Shown: piece after piece, positions 27,061-36,757 of the stretch
Layout: every line of letters begins with the position of its first letter
Numbering within the stretch: position 1 is the first letter of the stretch
Assembly: GCF_018977255.1 (NCBI RefSeq)
Contig: NW_024704742.1
Coordinates: 129,830,001-129,894,000, forward strand
Length of the DNA stretch: 64,000 bases
Direction: 5' to 3'
Source of the DNA: Callorhinchus milii
Taxonomy: Eukaryota
Notes under the pieces: model-generated
Told to the model about the DNA's origin: nothing
Databases searched by the model: none
The model's input: the letters and a program-made list of their open reading frames with translations, nothing else
Made by a program: the position numbers and the translations under genes

Positions 27061-27895
27061 AACAACAAAATTACATTTGTATAACGGCTTTCACATCGGG
27101 AGGACGTCCCAAAGCACTGGATAGACAGAGTTATGGACCTGAGCTGGAGTTCGAGGTTGGCAAGTGTGGAGGGCAGCAGGGGAAGCAGGGAGATCGAAAG
27201 CACGGTTGAAGAGGGGGGTGTTGAGATGGGTCTTGAAGGCGGCAAGGCAGGGGGTGAGGCAGATAGACTGCGGGATGGAGTTCCAGAGGGTGGGGACAGA
27301 GTGGCAGAAGGCCCACCCGCCAATAGTGGGGCGGGCGAGGCGGGGAACATGGAGCAGGCTGGAGCCCGCTGATTGGAGGGAGCGAACAGGGTGGTAAGGG
27401 TGTTAGGAGGTCGCAGAGGTAGGGAGGAGCAAAGACCATGGAGGGTTTTGAAGGTGAGGACCAGGATCCTGAACTGTATCCTCAGTGGAGTCGGGCGAGG
27501 ATAGGAGTGATAAGAGTCACAGAAGCTTAGTGTGGGAGATGATGAGGGCTGCAGAGTTCTGGATAATCTGCAGCCTATGGAGGGAGCAGTTGGGGAGGCT
27601 GACAAGCGATGAGTTTGCATAGTCAAGCCTCGATGTAATGAAAGCATGTATGAGGATTTTGGCGGCCTGCGGAGTGAGACAGAGGCAGAGACGGGCGATG
27701 TTGGGGAGGTGGGGGAAGGCAGAGCGGGTCATGGCGCAGATATGGGGTAGAAAGGATAGTTGAGAGTCGAGCAAGACGCCAAGGTTCTGGACTGGCTTAG
27801 CAAGGTGGAGTGTTCAACCATGGATGGTGATGCAGTCAGCGCCTGAGGTAAGGAGGCGCCGACGGGAGCCAATCAGGAAAACCTTGGTCTTATTG
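27061..27895 (-). mobile_element. L2 LINE 3' fragment inserted in a SINE
   Basis: LDSQLSFLPHI..HAFITSRLDYANS; host SINE halves at 27008-27060 and 27895-28050. Confidence 0.9.
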
Positions 27896-28184
27896 ACGTC
27901 TCAAAGCGCTTCAGAGGATACACTGTAAAATGAATTGATTGCGTATTTTGTGGGCAAAACGCACCAGTCAATTGCGCACAGCAGTGACCCACAAACAGTC
28001 GTGGATTGAGTGTCAAAAAAAATTTTTTAAAACATTTTTTGAAGGGATCCCGGAAAATGTATCCGTTGGCCTGAGATCACAAGGTACAGAGATAGAGAGA
28101 GAGAGAGGAGCTGATATTTAAGACCCAGAACAAATGTAAAGTCTCACTAGTCTTGTTTAAAAAGCAGTTTGCTTCATCACACCT

Positions 28185-28737
28185 CTGCCTTTGTCACCTC
28201 TCGGCTGGACTAATCTAACGCCCTCCTCGCCAGTCTCCCATCCACTACCATCCATAAAATCCATTTCATTCAAAACTCTGCCGCCCGCATTCTCACTCGC
28301 ATGAAACTCCGCTCCCCAATCACCCCACTCCTTGCCAGACTGCACCGGCTGCCTATCCCAGAGAGGATCGATTTCAAGATCCTCACCTTTGTATTCAAGT
28401 CCCTGCACTCCTCTGCACCCCCCGACCTCTCTGACCTCCTCTCTCCTCAAAACGGTACCCGTTGCCTCCGTTCCTCTGGGTCTGGCCTCTTCCTCGTCCC
28501 CAAGTCCTCCGCTCCACCCTCGGCGGCCGTGCCTTCAGCCACTATGCCCGAGGCTCTGGAACTGCCTTCCTCACTCCCTTTACCTCGCTCCCTCCCTTCC
28601 CATTTTCAGGTCTCTGCTGAACGCGCCTTTGGTCACCTCCCCCCCCCTCCCCCTGGCTCTGTCCCGGGATCTGTTACTGTAAAGCCTCTGAAACACCGAG
28701 GGCGCTATATAAATCCAAGTTGTTGTTGTTGTTGTTG
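28185..28737 (+). mobile_element. L2 LINE 3' fragment
   Basis: LARLHRLPIPERIDFKILTFVFK; same subfamily as the L2 ending at 26580; (gtt)n tail. Confidence 0.9.
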
Positions 28738-29560
28738 CCGCTCAAGCCAAGATTCATTCATTCTCTCTCTCTCTCTGTTACTCTGTGGCTGCAGTATGCA
28801 TAATCTACAGAATGCACAGCAGCAACACACCAACACTCAGGAGAACAAAAATAGTGATCATCATGGGAACCCCATCAAATCCAAGTTTCGGTCCAAGTCA
28901 CTCACTATCGGACTTGGACATATCCAATAGGGGGTTGAAGAAAATTTTTTTGGAAGTCTCAACCCCACATTATTGTGGGAGCATCATTCACAAGGACTAA
29001 AGGGGTTTAAAGAGAAGGCCCATCACCACTCTTACAGTGCAACTAGGTGTGGGCAATCAACACTGGCTATGTGACTCACATCCCAAGTGTGTATAAAAAA
29101 ATTCTCCTAATCCATTTATAGAGTACTTTGGGGTTGCAGCCACTATACTTCAGATTTGATCTTACCTTCTCCAAGCTTCTCATAAGGCCCATTAAAGTTC
29201 ACTTAGAATCACAGAATCATAGAACTTGTGCTTTTTTTGAAAAATGTTTCACAGAATATTTAAGTCATTGATCTGCCACTGGCTGATACTCTCATGTACC
29301 AGTAAATGATTTATTTTAGCAGGTGGTATTCAAATTATGTTTGCCTTAAGGTCAACAAATACATCTTGTTTGATGTGCAAGTTATAAAAGCTTGATCTGA
29401 TAATCTTTACCATACACCGATCCCAGATTGATAGAATGATTAATGATAAATTAAATGGAAGAAGGGATACAGAGGGTATTTCAAACAGAATCTTTAGCAA
29501 TAAATCGATTACTTTCATCTCTAATAGAGTACAGATTCTCCAGAGATTCTCCAGATTCTC

Positions 29561-29892
29561 GTGGAGTCCTGTAGCTCAGTGGTTAGAGCACTCGCTTTGC
29601 AAGTGAGAGACCTGAGTTCAATTCCAGGCAGGTCAGGGCGAAACCTTGGGCAAGTTTCCTTACTCCACACAGAGCCTAATAATAATCCCTCCAAAAAAAA
29701 AACCAATAATAAATTGGTCATTTTCAATCTACGACTGTTTGTGGGACATTGCTGTGCGCAATTGGCTGCCGCGTTCGCCCACAAATATACAGTCAATTCA
29801 CTTTACAGTATATTCTGTGAAGTGCTTTGGGACGTCCTCCCGACGTGAAAAGCGCTATATCAAATGCAAGGATTATTATTATTATTATTATT
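29561..29892 (+). mobile_element. tRNA-derived SINE, full length (young)
   Basis: gtggagtcctgtagctcagtggttagagcactcgctttgcaagtgag..gagttcaattcc has A/B boxes and a TGC anticodon-like loop; 3' end shares the L2 stem-loop; (tta)n tail. Confidence 0.92.
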
Positions 29893-30214
29893 AGATGCAT
29901 ATATCTCATCACCGATTAGATAGTAATGAGTGACTTTTGACACCTACCTGAGAAATAAAAGAAAGCTGTACAGTATTTTATGTGGCTGTGACTTAGTCTC
30001 TTAAAAGTACCTTAAATAGCCACTGTATAATCTAAAAGTGGATTTGAACACCACTCAACTAATCCACGTTGTAATTCATCTATTCATCTGGGATTGCAAG
30101 CGATTTAAGAACTCGATTAAACCCTAAATGTCATTCCACAGTTTATGCATTGCCAGGCAATATGAACTGCATCCAGTACCACTGTTCTTACATTTTCTAA
30201 TAAAATGATCTTAC

Positions 30215-30288
30215 CATAGGCCATTTGCTGCACTGTTAGAGGTGACTGTCCATCTTCACTTAGTGCTGAGAGACCTTCGATGGCCTTT
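30215..30288 (-). CDS. APH1: APH1 exon 3 (74 nt)
   Basis: tttatcttttag|AAAGGCC...GCCTATG|gtaaga; KAIEGLSALSEDGQSPLTVQQMAY. Confidence 0.92.
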
Positions 30289-30897
30289 CTAAAAGATAAA
30301 AATTACTTATCAATTATGTTCAGTAATTATAATGCCCTTCTTTATAGCACTGCATCATTTACAGCTGAATAAGTGTGAACGGTAATGGGATTCCAGATTT
30401 TATATGTAGATATTGAATATAAATCAAGGAAATTAAGTTGAATTTATACAAGACATTGGTTAGACTTTAAGTACTACATGCAATTCTGTGCCTCCGATTA
30501 TAGAAAGGATATCAAAGCCATGGAAACAATGCAGCATCAGCTCACACAAACGATAGCAGTGATATAAAATGATACCACAAATGATACGAGGGAAGGGAGT
30601 ATATATTGATTGGCAGTATCTTGCAAGGAGCTGAAGAGCAAAGGGATTTAGGAGGGTAGGTACAGAAGTCATTGAAAGTTGCATTGCAACTGACAAAGGC
30701 TGTAAAGCAAACTAATAGGGTTATATGTACAGGAGCATAATGATAACTTTGTACATATCATTGGTTAGGCCGCAACTGGAGTACTGTGTCCAGTTACAGG
30801 CACCTCACTTCAGAAAAGATATTAAGGTCTTAGAGCTGTGCTCAGTGAAGAAGTAACCTATACATTTCTACCATGATATACTTCAGCATCTCAATTA

Positions 30898-31225
30898 GTG
30901 GAGTCCTGTAGCTCAGTGGTTAGAGCACTCGCTTTGCAAGCGAGAGACCTGAGTTCAATTCCAGGCAGAGGGCGAAACCTTGGGCAAGTTTCCTTACTCC
31001 ACACAGAGCCTAATAATAATCCCTCCAAAACCAAAAACAATGATAAATTGGTCATTTTCAATCTACGACTGTTTGTGGGACATTGCTGTGCGCAATTGGC
31101 TGCCGCGTTCGCCCACAAATATACAGTCAATTCACTTTACAGTGCGTTCTGTGAAGCGCTTTGGGACGTCCTCCCGATGTGAAAAGCGCTATATCAAATG
31201 CAAGGGTTATTATTATTATTATTAT
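30898..31225 (+). mobile_element. tRNA-derived SINE, full length (APH1 intron 2)
   Basis: Same family as 29561-29892. Confidence 0.92.
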
Positions 31226-31479
31226 CCTGTCAGGATTAGTACTGAAAAAAATTCTTGCACTTGCTCCCAACGAGGGAGGAAAAGTCTTTTCTATATATTC
31301 CTTAATGGTTTTGCTGCTTGCATGTCTAATCAGTTCCCTTTTAAACAATTCTGTTGCCCACTGTGGAAAGTGATTACCACAAAGGTCACTTCCGGTAATG
31401 AATCCAAATTTTTTGTCTAACATTTCAGAGACAAATGGGGATGGGAGGATTGGCACAAAGGTTCACACGTTATACATAC

Positions 31480-31650
31480 CTTAGCAGTTTGTAATAAGCA
31501 AAGCGAAAGACTTCCTGCAGTAATACTGAGAACATGACACCAAAGATGATGAGTGTTTTCTGTAGCTGTGCATCATTTTCATTGCTAGCCTTTACAGCAA
31601 TAAACCAAACTAATGAAGATAGGAGCAAGGACAGCAACCAGAAAAAGGCC
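31480..31650 (-). CDS. APH1: APH1 exon 2 (171 nt)
   Basis: tgtattatag|GGCCTTTTTC...CTGCTAAG|gtatgt; AFFWLLSLLLSSLVWFIAVKASNENDAQLQKTLIIFGVMFSVLLQEVFRFAYYKLLR. Confidence 0.95.
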
Positions 31651-31899
31651 CTATAATACAAATATTATTTGATTATTCATTTACAATAAATTAATGGCAA
31701 TAAAACCTCAGTCTTAGTAAACAATGAATTTGTCAATAATCACAGACATGGCTAAGCAGGAGGATGGAATTCAATACTTACAAGGCCACAAGGCATTCAA
31801 GAAAGATAAAAACAATAATAATCTTTACATTTGATAGAGTGCCTTTCCACATTGTTGAAACATTGCAAGGCATTTTACAAGATTTCTGTATAATGAATG

Positions 31900-32250
31900 T
31901 GTATTTCGTAGATGGACACAGCAGCCAATTTGTGAACAGAAGTGTCCCATAAACAGCCAGGAGGTGAACGACCAATTTCATCTGGAGATCCAGTGGCCAG
32001 GACGGAGAGAAACTCCTTTCTCTTTTGAAATGGTGCCACGGGATCTTTAACATTGTCCACTTAAAGAGGCAGACGGGAACCTCGGTTTTAATCTCTCATT
32101 TGATGGACGTCACCTCCAACAATTCGGTGCTCTCCAGCACTGTACTGGAATGTCAGCCTATACTGTGACCTCAAAGTCCCGACATGAGGCTCCAGCACAC
32201 AACTTTCTGACTCAGAGACGAGTGTGCTGCAAACCGATCCAGCTGACATT
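31900..32250 (-). mobile_element. Deu-domain SINE (SacSINE1/AmnSINE1-like)
   Basis: Reverse complement of gatgag..aaaaccgagg..aagatcccgtggcacc..gtcctggcca core plus tRNA head. Confidence 0.65.
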
Positions 32251-32821
32251 CATATACAGGAGCGATGGGAAGATAGAGAGGTTGCTTGATATGTAAAGGA
32301 CACCTGTCAGGTTGAGGCAGTTGAGCAAGAGTTGTAGGATAAAATAAAATATTCTTTAGATTTGCTTCATAACAAAAGGGTTAGATTATCACTTGAGGAA
32401 ATCTGATTGAGCTATTTAAGTTAAAAAGTGAAAATGAGAAGCTAGACAACGAAACCAACAATTACATTTGTATAACACCTTTCATGTCAGGAGGACGAAC
32501 GAAGGCTCTGAACAACGCTTCACTCTTTCAAAGAGATTCAAAACAAGGGAAAAGCGTCTTAAAATTAGACCTAAAGTGGTTAGAAATTAGATCACGAGCC
32601 ACACAACTGTGAGAATGTGGAGTGTACTGCCCCAGGACACAGTGTAAGATTGGGGGGAGATATTCCTTTCACGGCTAAATGCAGTGACTTTCACTTTATG
32701 AGTTAACAAAGGCAAAAGATTGATACAATCTAAAGAGATAACAGAGAGGACCATTGTGAAGGTATTTTTCAGTTATAACAGCACATCATTAAAGTCACTG
32801 CACCTGTTGTCCCTGACTTTG

Positions 32822-33115
32822 ATGGTAGCACTCTCACCCCTGAATCAGAAGGTTATTGGTTCAAGCCCTATGTCTACTTTGATACTATACTGCAGATGAG
32901 ACGTTAAACCAAGGCTCTATCTGCCTGTTCAGGTGGATGGTAAAAATCCCACGGCACTATTTGAAAATAGAAGGGAGTTTTTTTCTATTGTCCTGGCCAA
33001 TAAGTCTCGAGATATAATTGTTCAATCATTTCACGGTTGTTTGTAGGACATTACTGTGTGCAAATTGCCTATCATGTTTACCTACAAAATACACAGTCAC
33101 CACAGTAAAATCCTG
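32822..33115 (+). mobile_element. Deu-domain SINE (SacSINE1/AmnSINE1-like)
   Basis: ggtagcactctcacccctgaatcagaagg head; gatgagacgttaaaccaagg..caggtggatg..aaatcccacggcactatttgaa..tgtcctggccaa core. Further copies at about 2695-2940, 3660-3870, 41170-41470, 53060-53140 and 56660-56860. Confidence 0.7.
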
Positions 33116-33119
33116 TACA

Positions 33120-33610
33120 CAACAGCAACAAAAACAAAATTACATTTGTATAACGCCTTTCACGTCGGGAGGACATCCCAAGGCGCTGGACAGACAGAGT
33201 TTCAGACCCGAGCTGGGGGTCGGGGAGCATGAAGGGCAGGGGGGGAAGCAGGGTCAAAGAGGAGGGTTTTGAGATGGGTCTTGAAGGAGGCAAGAGAGGG
33301 GGTGAGGCGGAGGGACTGCGGGATGGAGTTCCAGAGTGTGGGGGCAGAGTGGCAGAAGGCCTGCCCGCCAATAGTGCAGGAGAGGACACGGACTGCAGAG
33401 TTCTGGGTGATCCTCAGGCTATGGAGGGAGAAGTTGGGGAGGCCAACAAGCAATGAGTTTGCATAATCGGGCCTCAATGTAATGAAAGCATGTATGAGGG
33501 TTTCGGCGGCTTGCAGTGTGAGACAGTGGCGGAGGCAGTTTATGTTGCAGAGATGGGGGAAGGCAGAGTGGGTCATGGCTCAGATGTGGGGTAGAAAGGA
33601 TAGTTGAGGG
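33120..33610 (-). mobile_element. L2 LINE 3' fragment (internally deleted)
   Basis: AETLIHAFITLRPDYANS..APTLWNSIP..FKTHLKT. Confidence 0.88.
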
Positions 33611-34817
33611 AGATAAAGCACTTTGAGCTATCCTCCTGACGTGAAAAGTGCTACATCAAATATAAGGATTATTATTAGAGGTTAATTACCACTCTTATAA
33701 TTCTGCCTTCCTATGGGAGGTAATCAAATTAATAAACTCATTGCTTCTATTTAACATAATTTAAAATCTGCATCAAAAAGGCCATCTGTAATCTTCTGTT
33801 TAAAAAAACTATTAAACAATAATATGTTCTTTCTATCTCAGCTGATTGAATATTTCTATTTAAAAATGTATAGTGCGGGTTCACAGTGACCCACTAAGCA
33901 AATTTGAGGCATGTTAGCCTGTAGTTGACAAATGAACAGTTTTGTTTCACAAACTCACTTTAAATGAATATCATATGAACTCTTAAATGGACAAGACACA
34001 ACTTAAACAGCATGTTCAGAGATGACAAGCCAGAAATTAGAGTTGTGGCCTTGACACCAACATTTGCACTGAATTTTTTTAGAGGTGAAACCTTATATGC
34101 GAGGGAATTTTCCCCTGTAGCGAAGAAAAACTATTGGGCTGGACCTAATTCTTTCAAAATCTAAGCCGTCAAATGAAGTCCCTGTGGGCATCCATGACAT
34201 ACAACATCTGATTTACTTTTCTGCTCTAATCCATTCCAACACATCCTGTCTTGAAAGTAATCCAGAGGGTCTAATGCTCAGAATTGGAAAGTTAAACAAT
34301 TTCACTGAGAGCAGCACTGACTCTTTTGGCAGGTTTCATATGCTCAAAAGACACCACATCATCATGTTTAGTTTATCATGTGGTTAATGAGGTTCCAGTT
34401 ACTCTTGACAACAAAAGCATAGCAAAGTTTATGCAACACAACTGACAAGTTATTTTTAGAAAACTCAGGTTCAACGCTGTATGCTTTTTATTATTAGATG
34501 CATATATCTCATCACCGATTAGATAGTAATGAGTGACTTTTGACACCTACCTGAGAAATAAAAGAAAGCTGTACAGTATTTTATGTGGCTGTGACTTAGT
34601 CTCTTAAAAGTACCTTAAATAGCCACTGTATAATCTAAAAGTGGATTTGAACACCACTCAACTAATCCACGTTGTAATTCATCTATTCATCTGGGATTGC
34701 AAGCGATTTAAGAACTCGATTAAACCCTAAATGTCATTCCACAGTTTATGCATTGCCAGGCAATATGAACTGCATCCAGTACCACTGTTCTTACATTTTC
34801 TAATAAAATGATCTTAC

Positions 34818-34891
34818 CATAGGCCATTTGCTGCACTGTTAGAGGTGACTGTCCATCTTCACTTAGTGCTGAGAGACCTTCGATGGCCTTT
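34818..34891 (-). CDS. APH1: duplicate copy of APH1 exon 3
   Basis: No differences seen from 30215-30288; splice sites intact. Confidence 0.6.
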
Positions 34892-35499
34892 CTAAAAGAT
34901 AAAAATTACTTATCAATTATGTTCAGTAATTATAATGCCTTCTTTATAGCACTGCATCATTTACAGCTGAATAAGTGTGAACGGTAATGGGATTCCAGAT
35001 TTTATATGTAGATATTGAATATAAATCAAGGAAATTAAGTTGAATTTATACAAGACATTGGTTAGACTTTAAGTACTACATGCAATTCTGTGCCTCCGAT
35101 TATAGAAAGGATATCAAAGCCATGGAAACAATGCAGCATCAGCTCACACAAACGATAGCAGTGATATAAAATGATACCACAAATGATACGAGGGAAGGGA
35201 GTATATATTGATTGGCAGTATCTTGCAAGGAGCTGAAGAGCAAAGGGATTTAGGAGGGTAGGTACAGAAGTCATTGAAAGTTGCATTGCAACTGACAAAG
35301 GCTGTAAAGCAAACTAATAGGGTTATATGTACAGGAGCATAATGATAACTTTGTACATATCATTGGTTAGGCCGCAACTGGAGTACTGTGTCCAGTTACA
35401 GGCACCTCACTTCAGAAAAGATATTAAGGTCTTAGAGCTGTGCTCAGTGAAGAAGTAACCTATACATTTCTACCATGATATACTTCAGCATCTCAATTA

Positions 35500-35813
35500 G
35501 TGGAGTCCTGTAGCTCAGTGGTTAGAGCACTCGCTTTGCAAGCGAGAGACCTGAGTTCAATTCCAGGCAGAGGGCGAAACCTTGGGCAAGTTTCCTTACT
35601 CCACACAGAGCCTAATAATAATCCCTCCAAAACCAAAAACAATGATAAATTGGTCATTTTCAATCTACGACTGTTTGTGGGACATTGCTGTGCGCAATTG
35701 GCTGCCGCGTTCGCCCACAAATTCAGTATATTCTTTACAGTTTCTGGAAGCGCTTTGAGGCGTCCTCGATGTGAAGGCTTATCAAATGCAAGGGTTATTA
35801 TTATTATTATTAT
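35500..35813 (+). mobile_element. tRNA-derived SINE (duplicate of 30898-31225)
   Basis: Identical head and body, garbled 3' part. Confidence 0.88.
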
Positions 35814-36067
35814 CCTGTCAGGATTAGTACTGAAAAAAATTCTTGCACTTGCTCCCAACGAGGGAGGAAAAGTCTTTTCTATATATTCCTTAATGGTTTT
35901 GCTGCTTGCATGTCTAATCAGTTCCCTTTTAAACAATTCTGTTGCCCACTGTGGAAAGTGATTACCACAAAGGTCACTTCCGGTAATGAATCCAAATTTT
36001 TTGTCTAACATTTCAGAGACAAATGGGGATGGGAGGATTGGCACAAAGGTTCACACGTTATACATAC

Positions 36068-36238
36068 CTTAGCAGTTTGTAATAAGCAAAGCGAAAGACT
36101 TCCTGCAGTAATACTGAGAACATGACACCAAAGATGATGAGTGTTTTCTGTAGCTGTGCATCATTTTCATTGCTAGCCTTTACAGCAATAAACCAAACTA
36201 ATGAAGATAGGAGCAAGGACAGCAACCAGAAAAAGGCC
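36068..36238 (-). CDS. APH1: duplicate copy of APH1 exon 2
   Basis: No differences seen from 31480-31650; splice sites intact; lies in the duplicated block. Confidence 0.6.
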
Positions 36239-36757
36239 CTATAATACAAATATTATTTGATTATTCATTTACAATAAATTAATGGCAATAAAACCTCAGT
36301 CTTAGTAAACAATGAATTTGTCAATAATCACAGACATGGCTAAGCAGGAGGATGGAATTCAATACTTACAAGGCCACAAGGCATTCAAGAAAGATAAAAA
36401 CAATAATAATCTTTACATTTGATAGAGTGCCTTTCCACATTGTTGAAACATTGCAAGGCATTTTACAAGATTTCTGTATAATGAATGTGTATTTCGTAGA
36501 TGGACACAGCAGCCAATTTGTGAACAGAAGTGTCCCATAAACAGCCAGGAGGTGAACGACCAATTTCATCTGACGACTGATTGTGGGACACTGCTGTGCG
36601 CAATTAGCTCCCATGTTTCACCCACAAAATATACAGTCAATTCACATTACAGTATAATCTGTGAAGCTCTTTGAGACGTCTCGAAGACGTGATAATGGGC
36701 TATATCAAATGCAAGGATTATTACTATTATAGTCCCAGAAAGTTGCAACACTGCAAT

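Larger units (their letters stand above)
18677..31650 (-). other. APH1: gamma-secretase subunit APH-1 gene (exons 2-7; exon 1 not seen in window)
   Basis: Exons of 171/74/123/128/124 nt match the human APH1A exon sizes I recall. They splice in frame to AFFWLLSLLLSSLVWF...LLQEVFRFAYYKLLRKAIEGLSALSEDG...VGGLGFGIMSGAFSVVNILADSAGPGTVGI...IILLHTFW...ATHFLVSGLTFLNP...GGSFENL. The TM4 GxxxG and both conserved His residues are present. Confidence 0.95.
29885..31984 (+). repeat. 2.1-kb direct duplication, copy 1 (APH1 exons 3 and 2)
   Basis: Near-identical to 34488-36572 (offset 4603 falling to 4588). Confidence 0.95.
34488..36572 (+). repeat. 2.1-kb direct duplication, copy 2
   Basis: Near-identical to 29885-31984; the differences I saw are a 1-nt homopolymer deletion and a garbled SINE 3' part at about 35721-35780. 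Confidence 0.95.

Noticed and set aside
29561..29635. tRNA-Ala(TGC)-like sequences (also at 30898, 35500, 53386, 61129, and on the minus strand at 13447 and 50988)
   Set aside because: They are SINE heads that continue into a common body and L2-like tail, with no proper acceptor stem.
29521..29894. Recurrent near-identical ORFs MESCSSVVRALAL.. / MTVYLWANAAAN.. / MGKFPYSTQS..
   Set aside because: Chance translations of the same SINE, not a gene family.
34415..34475. Short similarity to 6541-6599 (gcaaagt..acaag.ttattttta..aaaactcaggttcaa) just before the duplication junction
   Set aside because: Only about 15 nt exact within AT-rich sequence; cannot be told from chance by eye.
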